Shown here piece after piece: positions 35,369 through 58,759 of a stretch of DNA of 64,000 bases (within the stretch, counting starts at the first letter, position 1; every line of letters starts with the position of its first letter). This DNA is from the human T2T-CHM13v2.0 reference genome, Homo sapiens, in assembly GCF_009914755.1 (NCBI RefSeq), contig NC_060936.1; one strand, written 5' to 3'. Under the pieces are notes generated by a model, which saw only the letters and a list, made by a program, of their open reading frames with translations, ran no database searches and was not told the DNA's origin. Both the position numbers and the translations under genes were made by a program.

Positions 35369-35802
35369 TCAGTGCCTTATGGATTATCTTATTTAATACG
35401 CATTTTCACTATCCCTATTTTGCAAATGAGGACACTTAAGCACAGAGGGGCGGCAAGCTCGCCCAAGGTCACACAGTAAGTGGCTAAGCCACGCTTTGGC
35501 AAAGCCATCTGACTTCAGAGTCTCCAGTCCAGCCACCCTGCTATAGTCCCTTCTGCTGCTAGCATGCTGTTTGCAGCTTTGATTGTGATAATAGAACACT
35601 AGAAATGATCATTAGGACAGGGGTGATTAAATGGATATAGCACATCCACTTTTTAAATGTTTTTACAGCCATGCAGGGTGGCTCATGCCTGTAATCTCAG
35701 CACTTTGGGAGGCCAAGGTGAGAGAATTGCTTGATCAAGCCCAGGAGTTCAAGACTAGCCTGGGCAACATGGTAAGACCCTCATCTCAACAAAAAATTTT
35801 TA

Positions 35803-36770
<968 letters not shown>

Positions 36771-36833
36771 CATACACACACACACATACATACATACACA
36801 CACATACATACATACATACATACACACACACAC
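36771..36833. repeat. (CATA)n/(CA)n compound microsatellite
   Basis: Directly visible. Confidence 0.9.
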
Positions 36834-36890
36834 GCTGATCTGTAAGGGTCAACAGGGCAAGATTGTTGAGGCTCATTATTAAATGTGCTA

Positions 36891-37058
<168 letters not shown>

Positions 37059-37994
37059 TCAATACTCAAAAACTTACGTGTGGTCCTGGCCAGATGCCGA
37101 GGCTCATGCCTGTAGTCCCCACACTTTGGGAGGCCAAGATGAACATATTACTTGAGGTCAGGAGTTTGAGACCAGCCTGGCCAACATGGTGAATCCTCGT
37201 CTTTACTAAAAATACAAAAATTAGCTGTGCATGGTGACTCATGCATGTAATCCCAGCTATTCAGGAGGCTGAGGCAAGAGAATCGCTTGAACCCAGGAGA
37301 AATAGGTTGCAGGCCAAGATGGCGCTACTGCACTCCAGCCTGGGCAACAGAGCAAGACTCCATCGAAAAACAAAAAAAAGAAAGAAAGAAAAACTTAAGT
37401 GTGGTTCTGAACCAGAGGCCCCAGCAATCCCTTAGGAGCTTGTTAGAAAGGCAGAATCTTGGCCAGGCATCGTGGCTCATACCTATAATTCTAGCACTTT
37501 GGGAGGCTGAGGCTGGAAGATCGCTTGAGCCCAGGAGCCATAGACCAGCCTGGGTAACAAAGTGAGACCTCCATCTCTACAAAAAATACAGAAATTAGTC
37601 GGGAGTAGTGGCGTGTGCCTGCAGTCCCAGCTACTCAGGAGGCTAAAGTGGGAGAATCACTTGAGCCCAGGAGTTTGAGGTTGCAGTGGGCTGTGATTAC
37701 ACCACTGCACTCCAGCCTGGGTGACAGAACAAGACCCTGTCTCAAGATAAATAAATAGAGGAGGAGGAGCCAAGATGGCCGAATAGGAACAGCTCCGGTC
37801 TACAGCTCCCAGCGTGAGCGACACAGAAGACGGGTGATTTCTGCATTTCCATCTGAGGTACCGGGTTCATCTCACTAGGGAGTGCCAGACAGTGGGCGCA
37901 GGTCAGTGGGTGCGTGCACCGTGCGCGAGCCGAAGCAGGGCGAGGCATTGCCTCACTTGGGAAGCGCAAGGGGTCAGGGAGTTCCCTTTCTGAG

Positions 37995-38210
37995 TCAAAG
38001 AAAGGGGTGACGGACGCACCTGGAAAATCGGGTCACTCCCACCCGAATATTGCGCTTTTCAGACCGGCTTAAAAAACGGCGCACCACGAGATTATATTCC
38101 GCACCTGGCTCGGAGGGTCCTACGCCCACGGAGTCTCGCTGATTGCTAGCACAGCAGTCTGAGATCAAACTGCAAGGCGGCAGCGAGGCTGGGGGAGGGG
38201 CGCCCGCCAT
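37995..38210 (-). CDS. ORF0: L1 ORF0 (antisense 5'UTR ORF, 71 aa, intact)
   Basis: MAGAPPPASLPPCSLISDCC...RCVRHPFL, 71 codons from a true ATG on the antisense strand of the L1 5'UTR. Internal donors CAG|GTGCGG (38105/38104) and CAG|GTGCGT (38020/38019). Expression of this copy is unknown. Confidence 0.75.
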   Translation of the reverse strand: MAGAPPPASLPPCSLISDCCASNQRDSVGVGPSEPGAEYNLVVRRFLSRSEKRNIRVGVTRFSRCVRHPFL

Positions 38211-38665
38211 TGCCCAGGCTTTCTTAGGTAAACAAAGCAGCCAGGAAGCTCAAACTGGGTGGAGCCCACCACAGCTCAAGGAGGCCTGCCTGCCTCTGTA
38301 GGCTCCACCTCTGCGGGCAGGGCACAGACAAACAAAAAGACAGCAGTAACCTCTGCAGACTTAAATGTCCCTGTCTGACAGCTTTGAAGAGAGCAGCGGT
38401 TCTCCCAGCACGCAGCTGGAGATCTGAGAACGGGCAGACTGCCTCCTCAAGTGGGTCCCTGACCCCTGACCCCCGAGCAGCCTAACTGGGAGGCACCCCC
38501 CAGCAGGGGCACACTGACAACTCACAAGGCAGGGTATTCCAACAGACCTGCAGCTGAGGGTCCTGTCTGTTAGAAGGAAAACTAACAAACAGAAAGGACA
38601 TTCACACCAAAAACCCATCTGTACATCACCATCATCAAAGACCAAAAGTAGATAAAACCACAAAG

Positions 38666-39682
38666 ATGGGGAAAAAACAGAACAGAAAAACTGGAAACTC
38701 TAAAACGCAGAGCGCCTCTCCTCCTCCAAAGGAACGCAGTTCCTCACCAGCAACGGAACAAAGCTGGATGGAGAATGACTTTGACGAGCTGAGAGAAGAA
38801 GGCTTCAGACGATCAAATTACTCTGAGCTACGGGAGGACATTCAAACCAAAGGCAAAGAAGTTGAAAACTTTGAAAAAAATTTAGAAGAACGTATAACTA
38901 GAATAACCAATACAGAGAAGTGCTTAAAGGAGCTAATGGAGCTGAAAACCAAGGCTCAAGAACTAGGTGAAGAATGCAGAAGCCTCAGGAGCCGATGCGA
39001 TCAACTGGAAGAAAGAGTATCAGCAATGGAAGATGAAATGAATGAAATGAAGCGAGAAGGGAAGTTTAGAGAAAAAAGAATAAAAAGAAATGAGCAAAGC
39101 CTCCAAGAAATATGGGACTATGTGAAAAGACCAAATCTACGTCTGATTGGTATACCTGAAAGTGATGGGGAGAATGGAACCAAGTTGGAAAACACTCTGC
39201 AGGATATTATCCAGGAGAACTTCCCCAATCTAGCAAGGCAGGCCAATGTTCAGATTCAGGAAATACAGAGAATGCCACAAAGATACTCCTCGAGAAGAGC
39301 AACTCCAAGACACATAATTGTCAGATTCACCAAAGTTGAAATGAAGGAAAAAATGTTAAGGGCAGCCTGAGAGAAAGGTCGGGTTACCCTCAAAGGGAAG
39401 CCCATCAGACTAACAGCAGATCTCTCGGCAGAAACCCTACAAGCCATAAGAGAGTGGGGGCCAATATTCAACATTCTTAAAGAAAAGAATTTTCAACCTA
39501 GAATTTCATATCCAGCCAAACTAAGCTTCATAAGTGAAGGAGAAATAAAATACTTTACAGACAAGCAAATGCTGAGAGATTTTGTCACCACCAGGCCTGC
39601 CCTAAAAGAGCTCCTGAAGGAAGCGCTAAACATGGAAAGGAACAACCGGTACCAGCCGTTGCAAAATCATGCCAAAATGTAA
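38666..39682 (+). pseudogene. L1 ORF1p with premature stop
   Basis: Starts MGKKQNRK. AGA>TGA stop at 39368-39370. The normal stop TAA is still visible at 39680-39682. Confidence 0.92.
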
Positions 39683-39718
39683 AGACCACCGAGACTAGGA
39701 AGAAACTGCATCAACTAA

Positions 39719-43569
<3,851 letters not shown>

Positions 43570-43791
43570 GCAATGAGATCACATGGACACAGGAAGGGAA
43601 ATATCACACTCTGGGGACTGTGGTGGGGTGGGGGGAGGGGGGAGGGATAGCATTGGGAGATATACCTAATGCTAGATGACAAGTTAGTGGGTGCAATGCA
43701 CCAGCATGGCACATGTATACATATGTAACTAACCTGCACAATGTGCACATGTACCCTAAAACTTAAAGTATAATAAAAAAAATTAAAAAAT

Positions 43792-43822
<31 letters not shown>

Positions 43823-45516
43823 AAAAATAAAAATAAAAAAAACAAGAAATGCAGAGTCTCAGACCCTGTACCAAACCTACTGAATCAGCATCTGCATTTT
43901 AACCAGTCTCCAGGCAGTTTGTTTGCATGCTACAGTCTGAGAAATACTGTTCTAGAGGAGTTATGCTTAGACAATCATAGACATTTGGGAAGGACACATA
44001 AGAAGCCTAACTCTGGTTTCTTCTGGGGAGGAGAACTGGACGGGAATGGGAAGTTTTGAGGGAAGACACATTTTTTTTGCTTATTCATTTTGGACCCTTC
44101 TGTAATGTTTGACATTTTTAACCTGGGCATCTACTGCTCTTATTATAAATATACATAACAACAGCAACTATTGACCGTGCTCTAGTTGATGGAACAGCAT
44201 GCTGCTAAGCATGACTATGCTCTGCTTTCGTCTGTGAAGTGGGAATGACAGCCAGCTTGCAGACAGTTGTGAGCATTAACTGAGCTTGATGAAGAGGAAA
44301 ATTGTGAGCAATGAGGAAATATGAGCTTCCTGCAACCTGTCTTCTCCAAGTCACCTCTCTACCTTGAGTTTGGAGTACATTGACCCTTGTAAAAAGTGAC
44401 TTTGAGAAAATGGCTTAGCTCCCTGCAGTTTTATTTATTTATTTTTTGAGACATGGTCTTGCTCTGTCACCAAGGCTGGAGTGCAGTCGTGCAATAAAGC
44501 TCACCGCACCCTCCAACTCCTGGGCTCAAGCGATCCTCCTGCCTCAGCTTCCACAGTAGCTAGGACTGCAGGCGTTTGCCACCGTATCCAGCCAATTTTA
44601 AAATTTCTTGTAGAGATAGGGTCTCACTATGTTGCCCAGGCTGGTCTCAAACTCCTGGGCTTGAGTGGTCCTCCTGCCTCAGCCTCCTGAAGTGCTGGGA
44701 TTACAGGCGTGAGCCACAGAGCCCAACCTCCCTGCAGTTTTAAACCTGGACCTGCTCACATTTCTTCTCTGGCAAACCACAAAAAGCGAGGGCACCTTTG
44801 TTTATTAAAGTTTGTTTTGAAACAGAAATAAAGAGGGACCTTTGACATTGAATTGTACAGTACTCAGAAAGCCAGTCTACATTTTGAATCAGTCGGGTTC
44901 CTAAAAGAATTTGTCAACTACATGAGCCAAGATTTCCTGAGGGGAAAAAAAAGTAATATGAAAGAAAAAGAAAATAGCAGTGGCATATGTTAAATATATG
45001 AAGGCTTCAAAACAAGCTGGCTCACAATCTCTTGCCATTTGTTGTATATGTATATATATAGCATATAATTTACCAAAATAGCAGGGAACATTTGTTTTAC
45101 ATAATTTTGCTATTTAAGGAAGAGAAGAACTTGAGGAAATAGTTGTCAACCTAAAGATCTTGTTTGTACCACCATAGAATTTTCCTCGGTACCTTAAATT
45201 AGGGCCTGTGACTCGATTCAGGTATTGCTACTTTTTTTTTTTTTTTTTTTGAGACAGGGTCTTACTCTGTTGCCCAAGTTTGGAGTGCAGATCTGGGCTC
45301 ACTGCAGCCTCGACTTCCCAGGCTCAAGCAATCCTCTCACCTCAGCTCCCCAAGTAGCTGGGTCTCCAGCTATGTGCCACCATGCTCAGCATATTTTTTT
45401 TTAATTTTAGTAGAAACAAGGTCTTGCTATGTTGCCCAGGCTGGTCTCAAACTCCTGAGCTCAAGTGATCCCCAAAGTGTTGGGATTACAGGTGTTAGCC
45501 ACCATGCCCGGCCTGA

Positions 45517-45708
<192 letters not shown>

Positions 45709-45711
45709 TAG

Positions 45712-45843
<132 letters not shown>

Positions 45844-46882
45844 TAGCCAGGTATTTTAAATAAGGAAGTTTTCTCTCTTTTCATCTCGGCCTCTGGAGTT
45901 TTAGCCCTTGAGTTCAGGCTATCAGAGTTCAAGCTATCAGACTGAAAAGGAAGCTTAAGCTGTGATTATCTGTGTGTGGAATTCAGAGTCAGAGAGGTGG
46001 TCCATCGGAGTAGACAAGAGAGCCCAACTCTGGCAAACAGACTGACTTGGGTTTGAATCCCCTACCCACACCATTCAGTACCTGTGTGACCCTGGGTAGT
46101 TTACTTTGCTTCTCTGAGCCTCAGTTTTCTCACCTATAAAATGGAAATGGTAATTCCTACCTCACAGGGTAGCCATGGAGATCATAGGAGTCTATCTATC
46201 GAGAGCATCTGGAAGAGCCTAGCAGGACCATTCAGTACTTCCATAAGCATCTATTGAGGGCTGACATGCTGAGTGAGTGCTGGGGTCCAATGGAGGATGA
46301 AATTGACATGGTCCCTGACCTCGAGAAGTGGATGCTCTGGTTGGCAAGGTGGTTAATACACAAGTAAACAAATACATCACTATACATTTGCAAAGGAAAT
46401 ATATCTTGAGGAGGAAGCAAACAGGGTGCCAAGTGGGGACAGCAGTGGTACCCAAGGAACCCTCATGCCCTAGAAGGTGGGTGCCATTCCTGTCCCCACT
46501 TTACAGATGATAAAACTGAGGCCTAAAGAAAAAAAGTGAGTGATCAGAAAAGACCTCCCCAAGGAGAGATCAAGGGGACAAAGACAGTCCCACACAAATA
46601 GGGGAGGAGTAGAGAGAACAGCTAGTGCAAAGGCCTGGAGGTGGGACCAGGGAACAGAGGTCAGAGAGACAGCTGGGATCACACAGAGCCCTGGAGGTCA
46701 CAGTGAGGATTTTCTGTGTTGTCCTAAGACCAGTGGGACACCATGGAAGGGTTTCAAGTAGCAGCAAGAGGGTGGAAGATGATCAGAGTTGAGTTTTGAG
46801 AAGGTCACTCAGCACATTCTCCCGCAAGAGGAGGAATCAATGGAGGAAAGTGGGTTGTTTTGTTTTGTTTTGTTTTGTTTGA

Positions 46883-47143
<261 letters not shown>

Positions 47144-47184
47144 TGACCCACTGTGCCCACCCCAGAAAGCGTTTCTTAAATATA

Positions 47185-47734
47185 GGTTTTAATATTATTT
47201 AGGTATGGCAAGGCTGAGAAATCACGAGATGTGAGCCATTGACAAGATATACTCTGTCATACTTACAGATCCCAAGAAGAAGGGGCATGCCACACTTTAA
47301 GGGGCACACATGGCAGCCCCAGGGTTTGTCAGGAGGCAGAGGGTATAGGGGGAGAACGTGACCAAGAGCCTTTATTGTGGTTTCCCAGGAAAGAAATGGG
47401 CAAGGCAGAGGCTGCCGGCTTAGGTTCGGTTCGTTTGAATAATTTCATCCTTCTCTGGAGCATAGGGGCTGTCCTTAATTGTCTCATGCCTGGTTCTGGG
47501 GTGATGAGGGCAGGTAGATGTGGCCTGGAGTCTGGGAGCTGGATAAAGAAGGCGGCTGGAGAGACCTGAGGCTCTGGCCTGATTGGTTTGTATAGGAAAG
47601 GCACGCTGGCAGGTGAGCTGTTTGCTATTTCTAGGAATTAGTTAACTCTGAGAGGGGCAAGTCCCTCCAGGGTCAGCAAGCCTCCAAGATGCTGAAGCAT
47701 CAGAATATAAACAATCAATGGCCTGGTTAATACA
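47185..47734 (-). mobile_element. Solo LTR, MER21/MER77-like (ERVL)
   Basis: Resembles the family by eye and ends ...gaagcatcagaat...ggttaataca. Subfamily is uncertain. Confidence 0.5.
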
Positions 47735-49497
47735 AAAAGATGGCTGCAGAGGAGTCAGGGAGGCCAGGAAGGAAGCTGTGTGGCCAGTGGGAGAAGAGGT
47801 GGTGGTGGTTTGGATTAGGGGGGTTGGAGAGGTGGAGGGCTGAGGCTTTTGTTAAATATTCATCCCTTTCTCCCCAACTCTTCCAAATAGTACAAGAAGA
47901 CATCTTCATAGGGAGGCTCCTCTGCCAGTGGAAGGCAGGGTTGCAAGAAGGGATCACCTTGTTTGGGGAACTCGATCAAAAACACTGATAACCAGTATCC
48001 CTCAGCTTTGTCCCAGATACCCTGGTGATGTGGCGTCTTCTGAATCTGAAACTTATCAACAAATGGAGTTAGATGCTGTGCACTTGAAGCAGCAGAGACT
48101 GCCAAGGTCACTAACATATGGACTTGCTTTGTCTCCTTCAAGACAAGACCTGGGGCACTCCCTGAGCTGTAGGATTTGAGAAGAGTCTTCCCAGGAGATG
48201 AACCTCTTCTTCAAATTTTTGAGGCTCTGACCTGTGAAAGAAGGTGCCTCTCAACCTGAATCCTAACAGCAGAGCTTGAACTTCTGGGTATAAGAAAGAA
48301 GGAAGCAGATCTCAACTCAATATAAAGAGGAGCCTTATCAGGCACAGAAGTCGAGAGATGAAAATGGCTGCTTTAGGAGGCAGTGGGCTCACTCTCATGA
48401 GAGGCACTGCAACAGAGGCAGGTGTCCCTGTGATTGGCTCAGGAGTAATGATATTTAATATTTATGCATCACTTCAGCATGCCAGGTCCAAGCCTGAGTG
48501 TTATAAACTATCTTATGTAATGCACTCAACAATCATAACAGGGAAGTATTATTAATAACTCTAGTTTCAGCCAGCACAGTGGCTCATGCCTATAATCCCA
48601 ACACTTGGGAGGCTGAGGTGGGAGGATCACTTGAGCCCAGGAGTTCGAGACCAACCTGGGCAACATGGCAAGACCATGTCTCTACAAAAAATTAAAAAAT
48701 TAGCTGACCGTGGTGGTACGCACCTTTGGTCTCAGCTACTGGGGAGGATGAGATGGAAGGATCATTTGAACCCAAGAGGTGAAGACTGCAGTGAGCTATG
48801 ATTGCACCACTGCACTCCAGCCAGGGTGACAGAGTGAGACCCTGTCTCAAAAAAAAAAAATCTCCAGTTTATAGACAACTAAGCTGAGGCTGGAGAGGTT
48901 ACACCAATGGTTCCAGGTCTCCTAGATAATATGCAGTGTACTAGGACCCTGGCTCAAGTAGCTCCAAAACCCATGATCTTAACCAGTCAGCCAAAGCTTC
49001 TGTACCTGAAGCCAAGAATACCCCTGTGGAACTGATTAAAATGCTGATTCCTGGGCCATACTCTAGACCTAATAATGCTTTTGCATCTCTACAGAGTGGG
49101 GCCCAAGAACCTGAATTTTAATAAGATGTTGATGGCAGCCACAGAAGTCTGAAAGTCACCATCTGATGCCTGCCTGCTCTGAACTGGGGAGATGGGGTGT
49201 GAGGGGTTGGATGTGATGACCTTTAAGTTTCCTTCCATTTCTGAATGTGTTAGAAGTCTATAATTAATGGAAATTTTAGTTCTCTGTGGATTTTATTTAT
49301 TTGCATTTTTCTGCCATCCCCGTCAACCTGAATAGCAATGAGCTTGTTCCTAGGATAGCAGACCACTAGCTTATATCCTGGACAAAAGGTAATGATAAAA
49401 AATAAATCCTAGTTAGCATTCATGAAGCCTTTATCAGGGGCTGGTAACTCTGCTAAGCACATTATAAGCATCATCTCAAGGAACCCTCATGCCCTAG

Positions 49498-50107
<610 letters not shown>

Positions 50108-50529
50108 TAACAACCATACAGAGGGGACCCTCTCTGTGTCAGATTTGAGTTCTTGCCCCCATGGAACTTAGAGCCTTTTACCAAAGGTACCCTGAGCATT
50201 GCAGAAGATGCACACGTTGTTAAGAGAACATGTACAGGGTGCCAGCATGACTCAAGTCAGAGGAGTGAGGCTTAAAGAGAGATCTGAAGATGCTGTAGAA
50301 ATGAGTGACTGCCTCCTGGATTCAAGCGATTCTCCTGCCTCAGCCTCCCGAGTAGCTGGGATTACAGGCACCCGCCACCACGCCCAGCTAATTTTTGTAT
50401 TTTTTTAGTAGAGATGGGGTTTCACCATGTTGGCCAGGCTGGTCTCGAACTCCTAACCTCAAGTGATCCACCTGCCTCAGCCTCCCAAACTGCTGGGCTT
50501 ACAGGTGTGAGCCATGGCGCCTGGCCCTA

Positions 50530-50750
50530 GAGCAGTGGTTTTCAACCGGGGCAATTTAGTCTCCTAGGGGCATCGGCAATGTCTAGAGACAGCTTTGATG
50601 GTCACAACTGGTGGGAGTGACAGTGACATCTGGTGGGTAGAGGAGGCCAGAAATGCTGCTAAACATCCTACAATGCATAGGACAGCCCCCTCACTACAAA
50701 GTATTGTCTGGTCTAAAATGTGAATAGTGTTGAGGCTGAGAAACCCTGGG
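50530..50750. mobile_element. MER20 DNA transposon (opposite orientation)
   Basis: cagtggttttcaacc...ggcaatgtctagagac...atagtgttgaggctgagaaaccctg. Confidence 0.75.
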
Positions 50751-51252
50751 TTAAAGAGTGAATGAGATACTATTAATAATTACACCAGCCTGGGCAGGGT
50801 AGCTCACACCTTTAAGCCCAGCACTTTGGAAAGTTGAGGCGGGAGGATTGCTAGAGCCCAGGAGTTTGAAGGCTGCAGTGAGCCATGATCATGCCACTGC
50901 ACTCCAGCCTGGGCAACAGAGAGAGACCCTCTCTCTCTCAAAAAAAAAAAAAAAAATTTTTTTTTAATTAAATAAATAAGTTAATAAATACACCAGAATA
51001 ACTGCCATGATCCAGGCTGGTGCCAGGCACATTCATCCAGAGAGCTGAGAATCAGTCTTGTAGAGCTGAAAATGCCCTCAAAAGTGACCCGGGCACCCCC
51101 TCGTGTCTCAAGGAAGTTAAATAAATTGCCCAAGATCACATAATCATTCACATGCAAATCTGCATAATTCTTTTAGACAGCCCAGAGAAGACTTTAGCTG
51201 GGGCTGTAAAGCCACTGTCTAGGCCAGTGAACCCTGGAATAATCCTCCCTAA

Positions 51253-51483
<231 letters not shown>

Positions 51484-51724
51484 TAATTTTGATTTTTTAG
51501 AGAGGGGGTCTTGCTATGTTGCCCAGGCTGATCTCAAACTCCTGAGCTAAGCGATTCTCCTGCCTTGGCCTCCCAAAGTGCTGGGATTATAGACAACGGC
51601 CATTGCACCTGGCCCAAACTGTTCCCCTTAAGTCACTGAAACATACATTCTTCAGAGGTGAAGCTGGCTGGCATAAAATGTAAACATTTTTGAAGTGAAG
51701 GGGTGTGAACAGCTTTAAGTGTGA

Positions 51725-51946
<222 letters not shown>

Positions 51947-52469
51947 TGAACTCCTGACCTCAAGCGATCCTCCCACATTGGCCCCCACCAAAGTGCTGGG
52001 ATTATAGACGAGGGCCACTGCACTATCTTATATAAGGCACTCAACAATCAGACTATTCCCCTTAAGTCATTGAAACACACATTTCTTAAGTGAAGCTGGC
52101 TGGCATAAAATGTAAACATTTTTGAAATGAAGGGGTGTGAGCAACTCTGAGTGTGAGGTTTTAAAGGCTGTGGTGGGTTCCCTTGGGGGATGCCCAGGCT
52201 ATTACAATAACTCCCTACTTTTTGCCTGAAGTGAGTGACAATGATGCCCTATCTCTCTTCCTTGTCTAGGGATCCTCCCCCTCCTTTGGCCCCACTAGGT
52301 CTCAGGCGGATGGGAGCCAGCAGGAAGTCTCACGTGTGCCTTTGCCACCTCCTCTGGTCCTGTGTCTCTATGCAGAGCTTCTCCCCTAGAACTCAAACAC
52401 AAATACTTGCCTGGCTTAACATGGGCTCAAAGAGTTTACCTGGGACAATTTCAACAGCAATAGTCATAT

Positions 52470-53360
<891 letters not shown>

Positions 53361-54159
53361 TTAAAATATTAAAATAATTAAAAAAATTTCATGTAATCAG
53401 TAGTCAAACTGCTGTTCTCCCAACCTCCCTGATTTAGTCAAAGAAAATAAGGAAATACGGCCAGGTATGGTGGTTCAAGCCTGTAATCCCAGCACTTTGG
53501 GAGGCCAAAGCAGGTGGATTGTTTGAGTCCAGGAGTTTGAGACCAGCCTGGACAACATAGCGAAACCCCGTCTCTACCAAAAATATAAAAAATGAGCCAG
53601 GCGTGGTGTCATGTGCCTGTAGTCTCAGCTACTGGGGAGGTTGAGGTGAAAGAATCAGCTGAGCCCAGGAGGTTGAGGCTGCCGTGAGCCATGATTGTGC
53701 CACTGCACTCGAGCCTGGGCAACTGGAGTGAGAGCCTGTCTTAAAAAAGGAATATGGGGAAGCAGAAAATAGACATGAAGAAACAAAGCTATGTCTGGTC
53801 TTTCCAGGTAGACTGGGCTACACAGTTGCTAAAACTTAATAGTGGTTCCACTGTCAGGGAAAATAACACAGCCGACAGACAGATTTTTCTGGTTTTTCAT
53901 TCATGAAGTGTTCCTAATCATTTGGCCTGTCTATATTGGTCTACACTGGAATCCAGTAGTAGGTGAAACTGACAGCAATATCCCACACACTTGGGATACA
54001 TCAGATCCCACCCTTGTGAAACTCTCATGAGGGAAGACAAACACTAAACACAATAAATAAGCAAATTATAGAGTTTATTAGCGATGATACGTGCTATGAA
54101 AAAAAGAAAAAGGAGAATATGGTATTGGAGGATAGAGGAAGAAGGCTGCAGCTTTTTTT

Positions 54160-55885
<1,726 letters not shown>

Positions 55886-57910
55886 GGGCTGCAAATTTAA
55901 AGAGAGTCATTAGGGTAAGCTTTGGTGAGAAGGTGGTATTTGAGACTTTATGAGAGTGAAGCAGGTACCTTGGAGAAGAGCTTTCTAGCGGGTGGATCCT
56001 GAGGCAGGAGCCTGGCTGGCATGGCTGAGGAACAGCAGGGAGGCAGCAGCATGAATGGGTAGGATAGTGAAAGAGATGAGGTGAGATGGGAACCATAGAA
56101 GATTTTTGAGCCAAGGAAGGACATGATCTGACTTTTAAAGAATCCCTCTGGCCACTGGGTTGAGAATGGGCTATAGGGAGGCAAGGGCAGGAGCGGGAAA
56201 ACCAGCACAGACATCATTGCAATCAATCCCAGTGAGAGAGGATGGATACTTGAACCAGAGGATTGCAGCAGAAGGGGTGGGAGTCTGGGTGTTAAGTTGA
56301 AGGCAGGACCAAAGGATTTCTTGATGGACTGAAAGTGAAATGGGGCCAGGCATGGTGGCTCATGCCTGTAATCCCAGCATTTTGCGGGGCCAAGGCGGGA
56401 GGGTCACTTGGAGCCAGGTGACCAGCCTGGCCAACATGACAAAACCCCATCTCTATAAAAAAATGCAAAAATTAGCTGGGCATGGTGGTGCATGCCTGTT
56501 ATCCCAGCTACAGGGGTGGCTATGATAATCGCTTGAACCTGGGAGGCAGAGGTTGCGGTGAGCTGAGATCACACCACTGCACTCCAGCCTGGGCAACAGA
56601 GCGAGACTCTGTCTCAACAAAACAAAACAAAACAAAAAAGTGAAATGGGAGGAAGAGGGGAGTCTAACTTGACTCCAAAGTTTCTGGCCAAATGGGACAA
56701 ATGGAGTTGTTATCAACTGAGATGGGGGAGGCTGAAAGAGGAGCAGGTGGAGGACGGACGAAGAGTTCAAGTTCAGACATGTGCTCTCACACCACACCAG
56801 ACATCTTCTTAGTGTTTTGCACAGGAGAATGTGGCTTCCAGGCGCTCCTACTACCTAATAAGTTGGAAGATCAGGGAAACGAATGCTGAGTGGAGGAAAA
56901 CAATACCAGCACCACAAATCGAGACCATACTCAAAGCCAGGCACTGTGCTGAGAGCTTCCCAGCGATTATCTCTCTGATCCTTACAACAGCCCTGCAGGT
57001 ATTATCACTGTTCTGACTTCACCGATAGGCACTCAGCCTTGGGGAGAAGAAGGCTTTGGCCCGAGGCCACCCAGATAGGGCCGGAGCCAGAGTTTGAACC
57101 CAGATCTGCCTGAGTCAGTTTCCACATTTTTACCTCTGCTATTGATTAAGACCGGCAGAAGTCAGGGGCAGATTTATTAAAATGGTGGACCCAAACTCAA
57201 TCTTGAAAGACAGGGTTTGTAAGAAAGGAGACAGTAGATTCAGCAAATGCAGGATGATGTCCCAACTCCTTGTCATATACTACAAGACCCTGGATGGCCT
57301 ACTCCCTGTTATCCTCAGCAGTTTCCCCTCAAGCCACTTGTTCATTAATGATCTTTTGGCTGATTTTGAGACACACCAAGCTTTTTTCCCAATTCAGGGC
57401 TTTTACCCATACAGTTTCTTCTTCCTGGAATGTTCTTAATCCTCTCTCTTTTTCCTGAAATCATATCTCCAGAGGATCAGGTCAAATGTCACTTCCTCAG
57501 GGAAGCCTTCCCTGATACCCACCTCCCATCTAAAACTAGTTTCCTTACCTGTACCCTGCATTAGTTCTTTTTTTTTTTTTTTGAGACAGGATCTCACTCT
57601 GTCACTCAGGCTGGAGTGCAGTGTCATGATCATGGCTCATTGCAGCCTTGAACCCCCAGGCTCAAGCAATCCTCCTGCCTCAGCCTCCCTAGTAGTTGGG
57701 GCCACAGGCATGAGCCACCAGACCTGGCTAATTAAGAAAAAAATTTTTTTAGTAGAAACAGGTCTCAATATATTCCCCAGGCTTGCAGTAGTTCTTGATA
57801 GCACTTAAGACAATTCTCATAATTATTTGCAATGATGTGTTCAGTGTCCTCCCTCCTACCAAACCAGTGCTGTCCAATAGAACTTTCTGCAATTATGGAA
57901 ATGTCCTAGA

Positions 57911-58255
57911 CCAGGGGTCCCCAATCCCTGGGCCAAGGACCCGTAACGGTCTCTGGCCTGTTAGGAACCGGGCTGCACAGTGAGCCTTGGGTGAGTGAGC
58001 ATTACCGCCCAAGCTCCACCTCCTGTCAATCAGCAGCGGCATTAGATTCTCATAGGAGCATGAACCCTATTGTGAACTGACACACAAGGGGTCTAAGTTG
58101 CAGGCTCCTTATGAGAATCTAATGCCTGAAGATCTGAGGTGGAATGGTTTTATCCTGAAACCCCAACCCCATCCCCCTACCTAACCACCCCCATCCATGG
58201 AAAAATTGTCTTCCAAGAAACCAGTCCCTGGAGCCAAAAAAGTTGGGGACTGCTG
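57911..58255. mobile_element. MER1B-like hAT element inserted in a MER3/MER33-like element (~57864-58820, also split by an Alu)
   Basis: Terminal inverted repeats caggggtccccaa / ttggggactgctg, ~345 bp. Host element: cagtgctgtccaatagaactttctg...agccactagccacatg...ttggacattgcag. Confidence 0.75.
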
Positions 58256-58336
58256 GCCTACACGTATGCTGTCCAATATAGTAGCCACTAGCCACATGTA
58301 GCTATTGAGTATTTGAAATGTGGTTAGTATGACTGA

Positions 58337-58759
<423 letters not shown>
